A stretch of 32,000 bases of DNA, taken from positions 30,001 to 62,000 of the forward strand of contig NZ_BCZP01000021.1 of the NCBI RefSeq assembly GCF_001598795.1. The letters are read 5' to 3'. The notes under the pieces were generated by a model that saw nothing but the letters and a program-made list of their open reading frames with translations, was not told the origin of the DNA and searched no databases. A program made the position numbers and the translations under genes. This document shows positions 1 to 8,301 of this stretch, in pieces (position 1 is the stretch's first letter; every line of letters begins with the position of its first letter). The DNA comes from Delftia acidovorans NBRC 14950 (lineage in GTDB: Bacteria; Pseudomonadota; Gammaproteobacteria; Burkholderiales; Burkholderiaceae_C).

Positions 1-1742
1 CGGCCCTCCAGCCCCAGCGCGCCGTCCATGCTGCCCAGGCTTTTCTTCATCAGTTCGATCTCGGGGAACAGGGCCGACAGCTGCAGCCCCTGGACCTTGC
101 CCTGGAGGCTGGCCTTGGGCGGCTTGGCGCCGCTGTCCACCACGGCCTCGATGTCCAGCCGGCCCTTGGCCATGCCGAAGCGCAGCGGAGACAGGCGCAG
201 CACGCCGTTGTCCATGACGGCATGCACGCTGAAGTCCTCGATGGGCAGGGCCTGGGGGCGCTCGATGCGGTCGCTCTTGAAGCGCACATCCATGTCCATG
301 GCATTCCACTTGCTGGTGTCAAAGCGCTGCGTGGGCAGGGCCTTGCCGCTGGCCGCCTGCCGGGTCTTCTGGCCCTGCTTGGTGGACGGTGCTCCCACCA
401 CCGGCCCCAGGTCGGCCAGGCGCAGCTTGCGCGAGGCCAGATCGCCGCTGAGCTTGGGGCGCGGCTTGCCCGATGCGTAGTGCAGCGTGCCGCGCAGATC
501 GCTCTGGCCCACGCGGCCATCGAATTCCTCGTAATCCCAGACGGCGCGCCCCGGCTCCAGGCTGCCGACCAGATGGCCATTGGTGTCGAAGGGCGGTGTG
601 CGCGGCAGCAGCAGACCCGTCAGCGGGAACAGGTCGGCCATGCTGGAGCCGCGTAGGCGCACCTGCAGGTCCATGCCCTTGAGCGCCCTGGGATTGTCGA
701 GAATGCCCTCGGCCCGGGCGCGCAGGCTGCCCGCATGGGCCCACAGCTTCACGGGAAAGCGTGCCTGTTCGCTTTGCAGGTCCAGCACGGGGCCGATGAG
801 GCCCTGGGCCTCGACCGTGGCCTTGGCGATGCGCCCGGTCAGGCCGAAGCGCATGCCATACGGAAAGTCTGGACTGGGCGGCTGCACAAGGCTGTCCAGA
901 CGTGCGCGCACCGCCATCTGGCGCACGCCATCGCTCCAGCCCACCAGGCCCCCGCGCAGGCTCAATTGCGCTATCTGAAAGCGCCAGCGCGGCCCTGTGG
1001 ACTCGGGGCGCTTGAAGGTCCAGTTGTTGCTGCCATCCTTGCGCCGGGCAAAGACCAGGTCAGGGCCTTCCAGTTGCAGATGGTCCAGCAGCACATGCCG
1101 GCCCAGCAGCGGCCACAGCCGCAGGCTGGCCGTGGCGCGCGCGGCCGTGGCCATGGTGGCGGCATCGCGCGCCGGAGGCGCCAGCTTTTCGTCGGAAAGG
1201 GCGATGCTGTCGGTATCGATATCGCGTGCGGGGCGGCTGGCCTGCGCGTCCCCTTCCTTGGCCTTCGTTTTCCCTTTTGGCTGGTCCTTGCGCTGGCCCA
1301 TGGGTGGGTCTTCGGGCAGCCGGCCCTTGTTCAGATGGTCGGGCGGCGCGGGCAGGGCTGGCAGTTCGTCGCTGCCCTTGGCCGGTTCCTGCTCGACCTG
1401 CCAGCCTTCGGGCTGGCCCAGGGCCAGTTGCTCGGCCTCGATGGTCACGCCCGGGACCCAATGGCGCCAGCCCTGGTCCAGGGGCTGGGGCCATGTCCAG
1501 CGCAGGCGCAGATCGCCTTCAATGGCGAAGTGGCGGCCGGTGCTTTCGCTGACGCGTTCGTTGACCCAGGGCTTGGCCCGGTTCCAGTCGAAGGTGGCAA
1601 TCAGGACCACAACCGCGGCGAGCAGCAGCACCAGGGCCGACACCGTCCACAAAAGGGCGCGCAGCCAGCGGCGGCGGGCTGGGCGGTGGGGTGCTGGCGT
1701 GGCGGGGCTGTGGTTCGCTGTGTCGGTCGCTGTGTCTGTCAT
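1..1742 (-). CDS. AsmA family protein (N-terminal about 580 aa; the 3' end runs off the left edge of the window)
   Basis: Absent from the ORF track because there is no stop inside the window. Hand translation of the minus strand from ATG at 1742 gives MTDTATDTANHSPATPAPHRPARRRWLRALLWTVSALVLLLAAVVVLIATFDWNRAKPWVNERVSESTGRHFAIEGDLRLRW... and stays open to position 1. An N-terminal TM anchor followed by FDWN.AKPW...RVSE.TGR..I.G is the typical AsmA N-terminus. The strand shows GC3-rich codon usage. Confidence 0.8.
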   Translation of the reverse strand, partial: MTDTATDTANHSPATPAPHRPARRRWLRALLWTVSALVLLLAAVVVLIATFDWNRAKPWVNERVSESTGRHFAIEGDLRLRWTWPQPLDQGWRHWVPGVTIEAEQLALGQPEGWQVEQEPAKGSDELPALPAPPDHLNKGRLPEDPPMGQRKDQPKGKTKAKEGDAQASRPARDIDTDSIALSDEKLAPPARDAATMATAARATASLRLWPLLGRHVLLDHLQLEGPDLVFARRKDGSNNWTFKRPESTGPRWRFQIAQLSLRGGLVGWSDGVRQMAVRARLDSLVQPPSPDFPYGMRFGLTGRIAKATVEAQGLIGPVLDLQSEQARFPVKLWAHAGSLRARAEGILDNPRALKGMDLQVRLRGSSMADLFPLTGLLLPRTPPFDTNGHLVGSLEPGRAVWDYEEFDGRVGQSDLRGTLHYASGKPRPKLSGDLASRKLRLADLGPVVGAPSTKQGQKTRQAASGKALPTQRFDTSKWNAMDMDVRFKSDRIERPQALPIEDFSVHAVMDNGVLRLSPLRFGMAKGRLDIEAVVDSGAKPPKASLQGKVQGLQLSALFPEIELMKKSLGSMDGALGLEG

Positions 1743-1889
1743 GGCGCAGGGGGCCGCTAAATGGGGTTCGGTCCATCCTATCGCCATGAAACCGCTTGCC
1801 AAGGCCCGGGACGCGCTGGCGGGCAGCCGGCAGGCCCGCATACAGGAGATTGACCTACAGCGCGGCCTGCGGCGGGGAAGAGGCCGTCA

Positions 1890-3224
1890 TCACGGCGTCT
1901 CCTGGCCCTGGCGCAGCCGGGTGGATGCCAGGGCGGCCACCACCAGCAGGCCCGCCATGATGAACAGGCCGTTGCGCGTGCTGCCCGTGGCCTGTTCGAT
2001 CATCCCCATCACAGTGGGGCCGATGAAGCCGCCCACCAGGCCGCAGGTATTGACCAGGGCTATGCCGCCCGCCAGCCCCGCGCCCGCCAGCCGCGAGGCG
2101 GGAAACAGGAAGACCACGGACTGCACCACGAAGAACATCAGCGCCGTCAGGCTGAAACCCAGCAGGCCCAGGGCTGGCGAGGCCTTGCCCGCCAGCGCGG
2201 CCACCAGCAGGCCGGCGGCCATGGTGGCCAGGCCCGCCAGCAGCATGCGCCGGCAGCGCTGCGGGTGGGTGGCAAAGCGCGGCAGCCAGGCCGCACCGAT
2301 GGCCGCTGCGATCCAGGGCACGGAGTTGAGCGTGCCGATCTGCAGCGGCGAGAGCTGGCCGTAGGTGCCGATGATGCCCGGCAGGAAGAAGATCACCGTG
2401 TAGATGCTGATCTGGTGGCAGAAGTAGACAAGGATGGCCAGCCAGATCTGGCGGTCGCGCAGGCAGTCCCGGAGCGAGTGGCCCACCTGGCCGGCGCCGG
2501 CCTGCTGGTCCTGCTCGGCCTGCAGGCGTTGCAGTACCTCGCGCGATTCGGCGGCCGTCAGCCAGGGCGCGCTGGCCGGACCGTCGGGCAGCTTCTTCCA
2601 GACCACCCAGGCCAGGGCCACGGCGGGCAGGCCCTCGATCACGAACATCCACTGCCAGCCATGCCAGCCCAGGAAGCCGTCCATCTGCAGCAGCGCGCCG
2701 CCCACGGGGCCGCTGAGGATGTTGGCAATGCACACGCCCAGCAGGAAGTAGCCGATGGCGCGGGCCCGTTCCTCGCGGCCGAACCAGTAGGTCAGGTAGA
2801 GCATCACGCCGGGGAACAGCCCCGCCTCGGCCGCGCCCAGCAGCACGCGCATCACGTAGAACGAGGTCTCTCCGGTGATGAAGGCCATGCCGGCCGACAG
2901 CAGGCCCCAGGTCACCATGATGCGGGTGATCCAGAACCGCGCGCCCACCCTGTGCATGATCAGGTTGCTGGGCACTTCCAGCAGCGCATAGCTCAGGAAG
3001 AACAGCCCCGCGCCCAGGCCGTAGGCGGCCGCCGAGATGCCCAGGTCCACCTCGATGTGCGACTTGGCCAGCGCAATGTTGGTGCGGTCTATGAAGCTGA
3101 TCACATAGGACAGCACCAGCAGCGGCATCAGCCTGCGGAAGATGCGGGCGTTGAGCGCCGCGCTGGCACTGCTGGCCGCATTGCCAGGAACTGGCGGCGG
3201 CGCATGGACGGAATGGCTGGACAT
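1890..3224 (-). CDS. MFS transporter, anion:cation symporter (ACS) family (tartrate/phthalate-permease-like organic acid importer)
   Basis: ORF 1890..3242. The track start is a TTG; ATG at 3224 (MSSHSVH...) lies 8 nt after AAGGAG. About 12 hydrophobic segments. Motifs FIDRTNIALAK, LLGAAEAGLFPG and YWFGREERARA are typical of ACS-family MFS permeases. Confidence 0.85.
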   Translation of the reverse strand: MSSHSVHAPPPVPGNAASSASAALNARIFRRLMPLLVLSYVISFIDRTNIALAKSHIEVDLGISAAAYGLGAGLFFLSYALLEVPSNLIMHRVGARFWITRIMVTWGLLSAGMAFITGETSFYVMRVLLGAAEAGLFPGVMLYLTYWFGREERARAIGYFLLGVCIANILSGPVGGALLQMDGFLGWHGWQWMFVIEGLPAVALAWVVWKKLPDGPASAPWLTAAESREVLQRLQAEQDQQAGAGQVGHSLRDCLRDRQIWLAILVYFCHQISIYTVIFFLPGIIGTYGQLSPLQIGTLNSVPWIAAAIGAAWLPRFATHPQRCRRMLLAGLATMAAGLLVAALAGKASPALGLLGFSLTALMFFVVQSVVFLFPASRLAGAGLAGGIALVNTCGLVGGFIGPTVMGMIEQATGSTRNGLFIMAGLLVVAALASTRLRQGQETP

Positions 3225-3334
3225 GGTGCTTGTCTCCTTCAAGGCTTGGGGGGCGTGGGGCGGAACTTCCAGGGACCGGCCCGGCCTGCTGCTGCAGGCT
3301 CTGGTGCTATGTGCTGGATGGGGGGAAAGGGGGC

Positions 3335-4267
3335 TCAGAAGGCCACATTGGCCGCACCCTTGAGGCCCAGCATGCTGCGCGCCTCGTCAGGCGTGGCGAC
3401 GTCGACATTCAGGGCCTCGAGCACGGTGCGGATGCGGCGCACCTGCTCGGCGCTGGAGGTGGCCAGCTGCCCCGGGCCTATCCACAGAGAGTCTTCCAGC
3501 CCCACGCGCACATGCGAGCCCATGGCCGCGCCCATGGTGGCCAGCGGCAGCTGGTTGCGCCCGGCGCCCAGGATGGACCACTGGTAGTTGCTGCCCAGCA
3601 GGCGGTCGGCCGTGCGGCGCATGTGCATCAGGTCCTCCGGGTGGCCGCCGATGCCGCCCAGGATGCCGAACACCGACTGCACGAACACGGGCCCCTGCAC
3701 CAGCCCCCGGTCCACGAAATGCGCCAGGTTGTGCAGGTGGCTGATGTCGTAGCACTCGAACTCGAAGCGCGTGCCCTGGGCCTGGCCCAGGCGCAGGATG
3801 CCTTCGATATCGGCAAAGGTGTTCTTGAAGACCAGGTTGCGGCTGTTTTCCAGGTGCTCGCGCTCCCAGGCGTGTTCCAGGTTCTTGAAGCGCTCCAGCA
3901 TGGGGAACAGGCCGAAGTTCATCGAGCCCATGTTCAGCGAGGCCAGCTCGGGCTGGAACTCGGTCACGGGCCGCATGCGCTCTTGCACCGTCATGTGCGG
4001 GCTGCCGCCCGTGGTGATGTTGACGATGGCATCGCTTTCGGCCCGGATCGCCTTGAGAAAGGGGCGGAACAGCTCAGGGTCCTGCGAAGGGCGCCCGTCG
4101 CGGGGATCGCGGGCATGCAGGTGCACGATGGCGGCGCCGGCCTCGGCGGCATCGATGGCGGCGCGCGCAATCTGCTCGGCCGTCACGGGCAGGTGGGGCG
4201 ACATGCTGGGCGTGTGGATGGCGCCCGTGGGCGCGCAGGTGATGATGGCTTTGGTGCGGGTGGCCAT
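3335..4267 (-). CDS. BKACE family enzyme (3-keto-5-aminohexanoate cleavage enzyme-like, DUF849)
   Basis: ORF 3335..4282; ATG at 4267 (MATRTKAIITCAPTGAIHTPSMSPHLPVT...) is preceded by AAGGA. IITCAPTGA...P.TP.E, VHLHARDP.DGRPS, NITTGG and HVRVGLEDS are hallmark BKACE/DUF849 TIM-barrel motifs. Confidence 0.85.
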   Translation of the reverse strand: MATRTKAIITCAPTGAIHTPSMSPHLPVTAEQIARAAIDAAEAGAAIVHLHARDPRDGRPSQDPELFRPFLKAIRAESDAIVNITTGGSPHMTVQERMRPVTEFQPELASLNMGSMNFGLFPMLERFKNLEHAWEREHLENSRNLVFKNTFADIEGILRLGQAQGTRFEFECYDISHLHNLAHFVDRGLVQGPVFVQSVFGILGGIGGHPEDLMHMRRTADRLLGSNYQWSILGAGRNQLPLATMGAAMGSHVRVGLEDSLWIGPGQLATSSAEQVRRIRTVLEALNVDVATPDEARSMLGLKGAANVAF

Positions 4268-4321
4268 GGAAGGTCCTTGCAAACGGTGAAAAGGCGAGAG
4301 GAGTAGAGGAGGAGAGGGCGC

Positions 4322-5116
4322 TCAGCTCAGCGCCTGGGTCAGGCCATCGACGGCCAGCTCCTGGCCCGTGACATGGCCGGCCAGCGGGCTGGCGGCAAAC
4401 ACGGCCATGTTGGCAATGTCGCGCGCCGTGGCCATGCGGCCCAGCGCGGCCTGGTGCGTGTAGCTGCGCGTGACGTCCTCCAGCGGCATGCCGCGTGCCT
4501 GCGCCTTGGCGGCAATCACATCGCGGATGCGCGGGCCGTCCACGGCGCCCGGCAGGATGGCGTTCATCCGGATGCCGTCGGCGCCCAGCTCCAGTGCCAG
4601 CGACTTGGTCAGGCCGATCACGGCCCACTTGGACGCCGAATAGGCCGTGCGGCCCGGCATGCCCAGATGGCCTGCCGCCGAAGACAGGTTGACGATGGCC
4701 GCCTGCCGGCCCTCGCGTGCCGATTGCCGAAGCCGGGGCACGGCCAGCCGCGTGCACAGGAAGGCGCCGGTGATGTTCACATCCAGCGTGCGCTGCCAGT
4801 CGGCCAGGTCCAGCGTCTCCACCGCGCCCGTGGGGCCTGCCACCCCGGCGTTGTTGACGAGGATGTCCAGGCCGCCCAACTCGTTGTCCACGGCCTTGAA
4901 CAGGGCCTGCATCTGCAAGGCATCCGACACATCGGCAAGACGGCCGCTGGCGCCGGGCAGGGCGGCAGCCAGCGCATCCAGGCTGGCCTGGGCCACGTCA
5001 CAGACCATGACGCGCGCGCCGGCCTCGGCAAAGGCGCGGCTGATTTCCAGGCCGATTCCGGCGGCGCCCGCCGTCACCAGGACGCGCTGGCCGGCCAGAA
5101 GATCGTTTTTCCACAT
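4322..5116 (-). CDS. SDR family NAD(P)-dependent oxidoreductase
   Basis: ORF 4322..5197. ATG at 5116 (MWKNDLLAGQRVLVTAGAAGIGLEI...) follows GGAG. Has the Rossmann TAGAAGIG motif, NNAG, and the catalytic S...YSASK motif. Confidence 0.9.
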   Translation of the reverse strand: MWKNDLLAGQRVLVTAGAAGIGLEISRAFAEAGARVMVCDVAQASLDALAAALPGASGRLADVSDALQMQALFKAVDNELGGLDILVNNAGVAGPTGAVETLDLADWQRTLDVNITGAFLCTRLAVPRLRQSAREGRQAAIVNLSSAAGHLGMPGRTAYSASKWAVIGLTKSLALELGADGIRMNAILPGAVDGPRIRDVIAAKAQARGMPLEDVTRSYTHQAALGRMATARDIANMAVFAASPLAGHVTGQELAVDGLTQALS

Positions 5117-5178
5117 GCGGGGACTCCTTGGGAACTCAAACAAAGGTGAAAGGGATTCGGGTTGGGTTTGGATTTTGT

Positions 5179-5194
5179 ATCTGTGATCACAGAT
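5179..5194. promoter_or_regulatory. Perfect 16-bp palindrome ATCTGTGATCACAGAT in the divergent SDR/GntR intergenic region; candidate GntR(FadR-type) operator
   Basis: Read directly: atctgtgatcacagat equals its own reverse complement. It contains the GT-N-AC core typical of GntR-family operators. It lies between SDR start 5116 and GntR start 5255. Confidence 0.6.
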
Positions 5195-5254
5195 CAAATA
5201 TGGTGAATACCCTATGCGCCATGACAGCGGCGGCGCCGCGCTACCATCGCCGCC

Positions 5255-6010
5255 ATGGCCATCAACGAACTAGTCACCCCACTCAAACGCCAGACCCTCA
5301 GCAGCGATGTCTATGCACAGCTCAGGGAATTGCTGATCACGGGCCAGATGATTCCGGGCGAGCAGATCTCCCTGCGCACCACGGCCAGCGCGCTGGGCGT
5401 CAGCGTCATGCCCGTGCGCGAGGCCGTGCACCGGCTGGTGGCCGAGCAGGCGCTGGAACTCACGCCCAACCGCGCGCTGCGCGTGCCGTTGATGACGGAA
5501 AGCGCCTTCCGCGAGATCACGCGCATCCGCGTCAACCTCGAAGGCCTGGCCACGGAGCAGGCGGCCCGGCAACTGCCGGCCGCCGAGCTGGAACGCATCG
5601 CCGCACTGCAGGACCGCTTTGCGGCCGAGATGGCCAGCGCCTCGCCGGACGGCGCGCGGCTCATCGCCTTCAACAAGGATTTCCACTTCGCCGTCTACAG
5701 CGCGGCCGGCATGCCCATGCTGCTGCAGATGATCGAGGCGCTGTGGCTTCGCATAGGTCCCATCCTCAACCACGACATGCGCTCGGGCTCGCGCCGCGTG
5801 AGCGAACAGGTGGCGGTCGGCCACCATGCGCGCCTGGTCGAGGCCCTGCGCCGCGGCGATGCGCCAGCCGCGAAGGAGGCGCTGCGCGGCGACATCGAAA
5901 GCGCGGCCGACTACATCGTTTCGGCGGGCGTGCTGGTGACGGCGGACAGCGGGTTGAACGGCGTGAGTGGACTGAGCGGGCCAGCCTTGCCAGGTGAAGA
6001 AAGCCGGTGA
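5255..6010 (+). CDS. GntR family transcriptional regulator (FadR/FCD subfamily)
   Basis: N-terminal wHTH (SDVYAQLRELLITGQMIPGEQISLRTTASALGVSVMPVREAVHRLVAEQAL). C-terminal all-helical FCD-like domain (FHFAVY..., HHARLVEALRRGDA). Divergent from the catabolic operon. Confidence 0.85.
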   Translation: MAINELVTPLKRQTLSSDVYAQLRELLITGQMIPGEQISLRTTASALGVSVMPVREAVHRLVAEQALELTPNRALRVPLMTESAFREITRIRVNLEGLATEQAARQLPAAELERIAALQDRFAAEMASASPDGARLIAFNKDFHFAVYSAAGMPMLLQMIEALWLRIGPILNHDMRSGSRRVSEQVAVGHHARLVEALRRGDAPAAKEALRGDIESAADYIVSAGVLVTADSGLNGVSGLSGPALPGEESR

Positions 6011-6074
6011 GCCGCAGAGGAATGGAGTAAGGAAGTAAGATTTCCGTGTTTTCTCTCATTTGCAGGAGCCGGCC

Positions 6075-6302
6075 ATGCTTGCCAAATTGACGTCGAAGAA
6101 CCAGATCACCCTGCCCAAGGCCGTGGTGTCCGAGGTGGAGGCCGCAGAGTATTTCGAGGTGGCCGTGGAAAACGGCCGCATCGTGCTCACGCCTGTGCAC
6201 GTGCAGCGTGTCCAGCGCGCACAGGCCGTCCGCGACAAGCTGCAGCAGATGGGCATCACCGAAGAGGATGTGCAGGAGGCCACCTCCTGGGCGCGCAAAT
6301 GA
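6075..6302 (+). CDS. AbrB/MazE/SpoVT-family antitoxin
   Basis: ORF 6060..6302 (track start is TTG). ATG at 6075 lies 7 nt after AGGAG. MLAKLTSKNQITLPKAVVSEV is the swapped-hairpin AbrB-type DNA-binding motif. The stop overlaps the toxin start (ATGA at 6299-6302). Confidence 0.75.
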   Translation: MLAKLTSKNQITLPKAVVSEVEAAEYFEVAVENGRIVLTPVHVQRVQRAQAVRDKLQQMGITEEDVQEATSWARK

Positions 6303-6715
6303 TGCGTGTCGTCCTGGACACCAACGTCGTGCTCTCGGCATTGCTGTTCACGTCCGGCCGTCTTGCGTGGATACGCCGGGCCTGGCAGCACCAGCAGTTG
6401 AAGCCCCTGGTCTGCAGGGAAACGGCCAGCGAATTGCTGCGTGTGCTCGCCTACCCGAAGTTCAAGCTGTCAACGGCCGAGCAACAGGCCTTGCTGGAGG
6501 ATTTCCTGCCCTGGGCCGATGTCGTCACACTGCCGCAGCCCTGGCCTGCATTGCCGCTGTGCCGGGACGACAAGGACCAGGTGTTCCTGGTGCTGGCGCA
6601 TGTGGGCCGGGCCCGGGCGCTCATCACCGGCGACGGCGACCTTCTGGCGCTGCGTGACAGCTTTCCCGGCCTGATCGTGACGCCCGATGAGTGGGCAGCG
6701 CTGCACAAGCGCTGA
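6299..6715 (+). CDS. PIN-domain toxin (PIN_3 / TIGR00305-like putative TA toxin)
   Basis: MMRVVLDTNVVLSALL..., with conserved acidic residues in DTN, ETASEL, DDKD and TGDGDL. 138 aa. 4-nt overlap with the upstream antitoxin. Confidence 0.8.
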   Translation: MMRVVLDTNVVLSALLFTSGRLAWIRRAWQHQQLKPLVCRETASELLRVLAYPKFKLSTAEQQALLEDFLPWADVVTLPQPWPALPLCRDDKDQVFLVLAHVGRARALITGDGDLLALRDSFPGLIVTPDEWAALHKR

Positions 6716-6727
6716 GGGCAGGAATCC

Positions 6728-7645
6728 ATGCACAACGCCCACGACCCCAAGGTTCTTCCCATACGCGACGGCGTCAGCCCCAGCTGCGTGGTGCTGCCCA
6801 GCCAGGGCGGCGGGTTGCTGATCGATTTTCTGGCCGAGCGCCTGCCGGCCGTGGCGCGCGAGGACTGGCTGCGGCGCCTGGCGCTGCGCGAGGTGGTGGA
6901 CGAGCATGGCCGCGCCGCCGATGCAGGCACGGCCTTTGCGCCGGGCCTGCGTTACTACTACTACCGCGAGCTGCAGGCCGAGCCGCCCATCCCCTTCGAG
7001 GCCGAAGTCATCCACCGCGACGCGCATCTGCTGGTGGCCGACAAGCCGCATTTCCTGCCCGTGGTGCCGGCCGGCAAGTACCTGCAGCAGACGCTGCTGG
7101 TGCGGCTCAAGCGCGAATTCGACCTGCCCGAGCTGTCGCCCATCCACCGCATAGACCGCGACACGGCGGGGCTGGTGGTGTTTTCGGTGCAGCGCGCCAC
7201 GCGCGGCATCTACCAGGCGCTGTTCCGCGACCGCGCCATCCACAAGACCTACGAGGCCGTGGCCCCCTGGCGCGAGGACGTGGTTTTCCCGCGCACGCAT
7301 GAAAGCCGCATGGAAGAAAGCGGCCATTTCTTTCGCATGCACGAGGTGGCCGGCACGCCCAACACCCGCACCCACATGCAGGTGGTGGAGCAGCACGGCC
7401 GCTGGGCGCGCTACCGGCTGGAGCCCGAAAGCGGCAAGCGCCACCAGTTGCGCGTGCACATGGCCGCCCTGAGCCTGCCGCTGTGGGGTGACGGCTTCTA
7501 CCCTGAAGTGCATGACATGCCCGAGGGCGACTACTCGCGCCCGCTGCAGCTGCTGGCGCGCAGCCTGGCCTTCACCGATCCTCTGGACGGCCAGTCGCGG
7601 CGCTTTGACAGCCGCCGCCAGTTGCTGCCGCTGACCGACCTGTAG
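6728..7645 (+). CDS. RluA-family pseudouridine synthase
   Basis: HLLVADKPHFLPV, the catalytic-Asp motif HRIDRDTAGLVVF, KTYEAV and GKRHQLRVHMA are RluA-family signatures. Starts 13 nt after the PIN gene, behind GAGGGCAGGAA. Confidence 0.85.
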   Translation: MHNAHDPKVLPIRDGVSPSCVVLPSQGGGLLIDFLAERLPAVAREDWLRRLALREVVDEHGRAADAGTAFAPGLRYYYYRELQAEPPIPFEAEVIHRDAHLLVADKPHFLPVVPAGKYLQQTLLVRLKREFDLPELSPIHRIDRDTAGLVVFSVQRATRGIYQALFRDRAIHKTYEAVAPWREDVVFPRTHESRMEESGHFFRMHEVAGTPNTRTHMQVVEQHGRWARYRLEPESGKRHQLRVHMAALSLPLWGDGFYPEVHDMPEGDYSRPLQLLARSLAFTDPLDGQSRRFDSRRQLLPLTDL

Positions 7646-7712
7646 AGGCCTTGCCGCTGCTGGAAACCGCTGGCTTTTTTGTCCATGGCCTTGCCATGGG
7701 ATAGGCCGGTTG

Positions 7713-7750
7713 CGGACATTTAACGGACAACTTTGTCCGATAATTGTCCG
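7713..7750. promoter_or_regulatory. Nested inverted repeat with four CGGACA/TGTCCG half-sites; candidate TetR operator
   Basis: CGGACA at 7713-7718 and 7724-7729; TGTCCG at 7734-7739 and 7745-7750. Both pairs are symmetric about 7731.5. Ends 1 nt before the TetR ATG (7752). Confidence 0.6.
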
Positions 7751-7751
7751 C

Positions 7752-8300
7752 ATGACTTCCAAAAGACCCAGTGCCGATATCCGCCGCGCCCAGCTGCTGG
7801 ACGCGGCCGATGCCGTGTTTTCCGAGCATGGCGTGACCGCGCCGCTGGACCTGGTGGTCGAGCGCGCCGAGGTCGGCCGCGCCACGCTGTACCGGCAGTT
7901 TCCTGACCGGCGTGCGCTGATGCTGGCGCTGCTGGAGCGTTCGCTGGACAACATGCGCAGCGCGGCCGAAGCCATGGCCGAGGATGACGATGCCTTCTAC
8001 AAGCTGCTGTCGCGCCTGGCCGAGCGCATTGCGGTCTCGGCCCCCATCACCGATTACTGGCGCACCGTGGAGCGCGGCGACGAGGTCATCGCCCAGGCCC
8101 GCGTTGCCATGTGGCAGATCTTTCGGCCGGCCATGGACCGGGCCGTGGCCTGTGGCCATTGCCGCCAGCCGCTGACGCAGGCCGAGCTGTCCCTGGTCTT
8201 CGGCATGCTGGGCGCCTCGCTGCGCGGCGAGACGCCGCAGCAGCGGCGCACCCTGGCGCGCAAGGCGTTGCAGATCGTCTGGCAAGGCTTGAAGGCCTGA
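7752..8300 (+). CDS. TetR/AcrR family transcriptional regulator (of the downstream efflux operon)
   Basis: ORF 7710..8300; in-frame ATG at 7752 (MTSKRPSADIRRAQLLDAADAVFSEHGVTAPLDLVVERAEVGRATLYRQFPDRRAL) gives a canonical TetR N-terminal HTH. The stop is 1 nt before the MFS ATG. Confidence 0.85.
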   Translation: MTSKRPSADIRRAQLLDAADAVFSEHGVTAPLDLVVERAEVGRATLYRQFPDRRALMLALLERSLDNMRSAAEAMAEDDDAFYKLLSRLAERIAVSAPITDYWRTVERGDEVIAQARVAMWQIFRPAMDRAVACGHCRQPLTQAELSLVFGMLGASLRGETPQQRRTLARKALQIVWQGLKA

Positions 8301-8301
8301 C

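Noticed and set aside
7646-7700. Possible terminator after the pseudouridine synthase gene (T-run GGCTTTTTTG at about 7673-7682)
   Set aside because: I could not find a clean complementary stem preceding the T-run. The nearby CCGCTG/CCGCTGG elements are direct repeats, not inverted ones. CCATGG-N5-CCATGG gives only a 6-bp stem.
6470-7975. 501-aa minus-strand ORF
   Set aside because: It is antisense to the PIN, RluA and TetR genes and crosses their intergenic regions. It has no recognisable motifs and is a GC-frame artefact.
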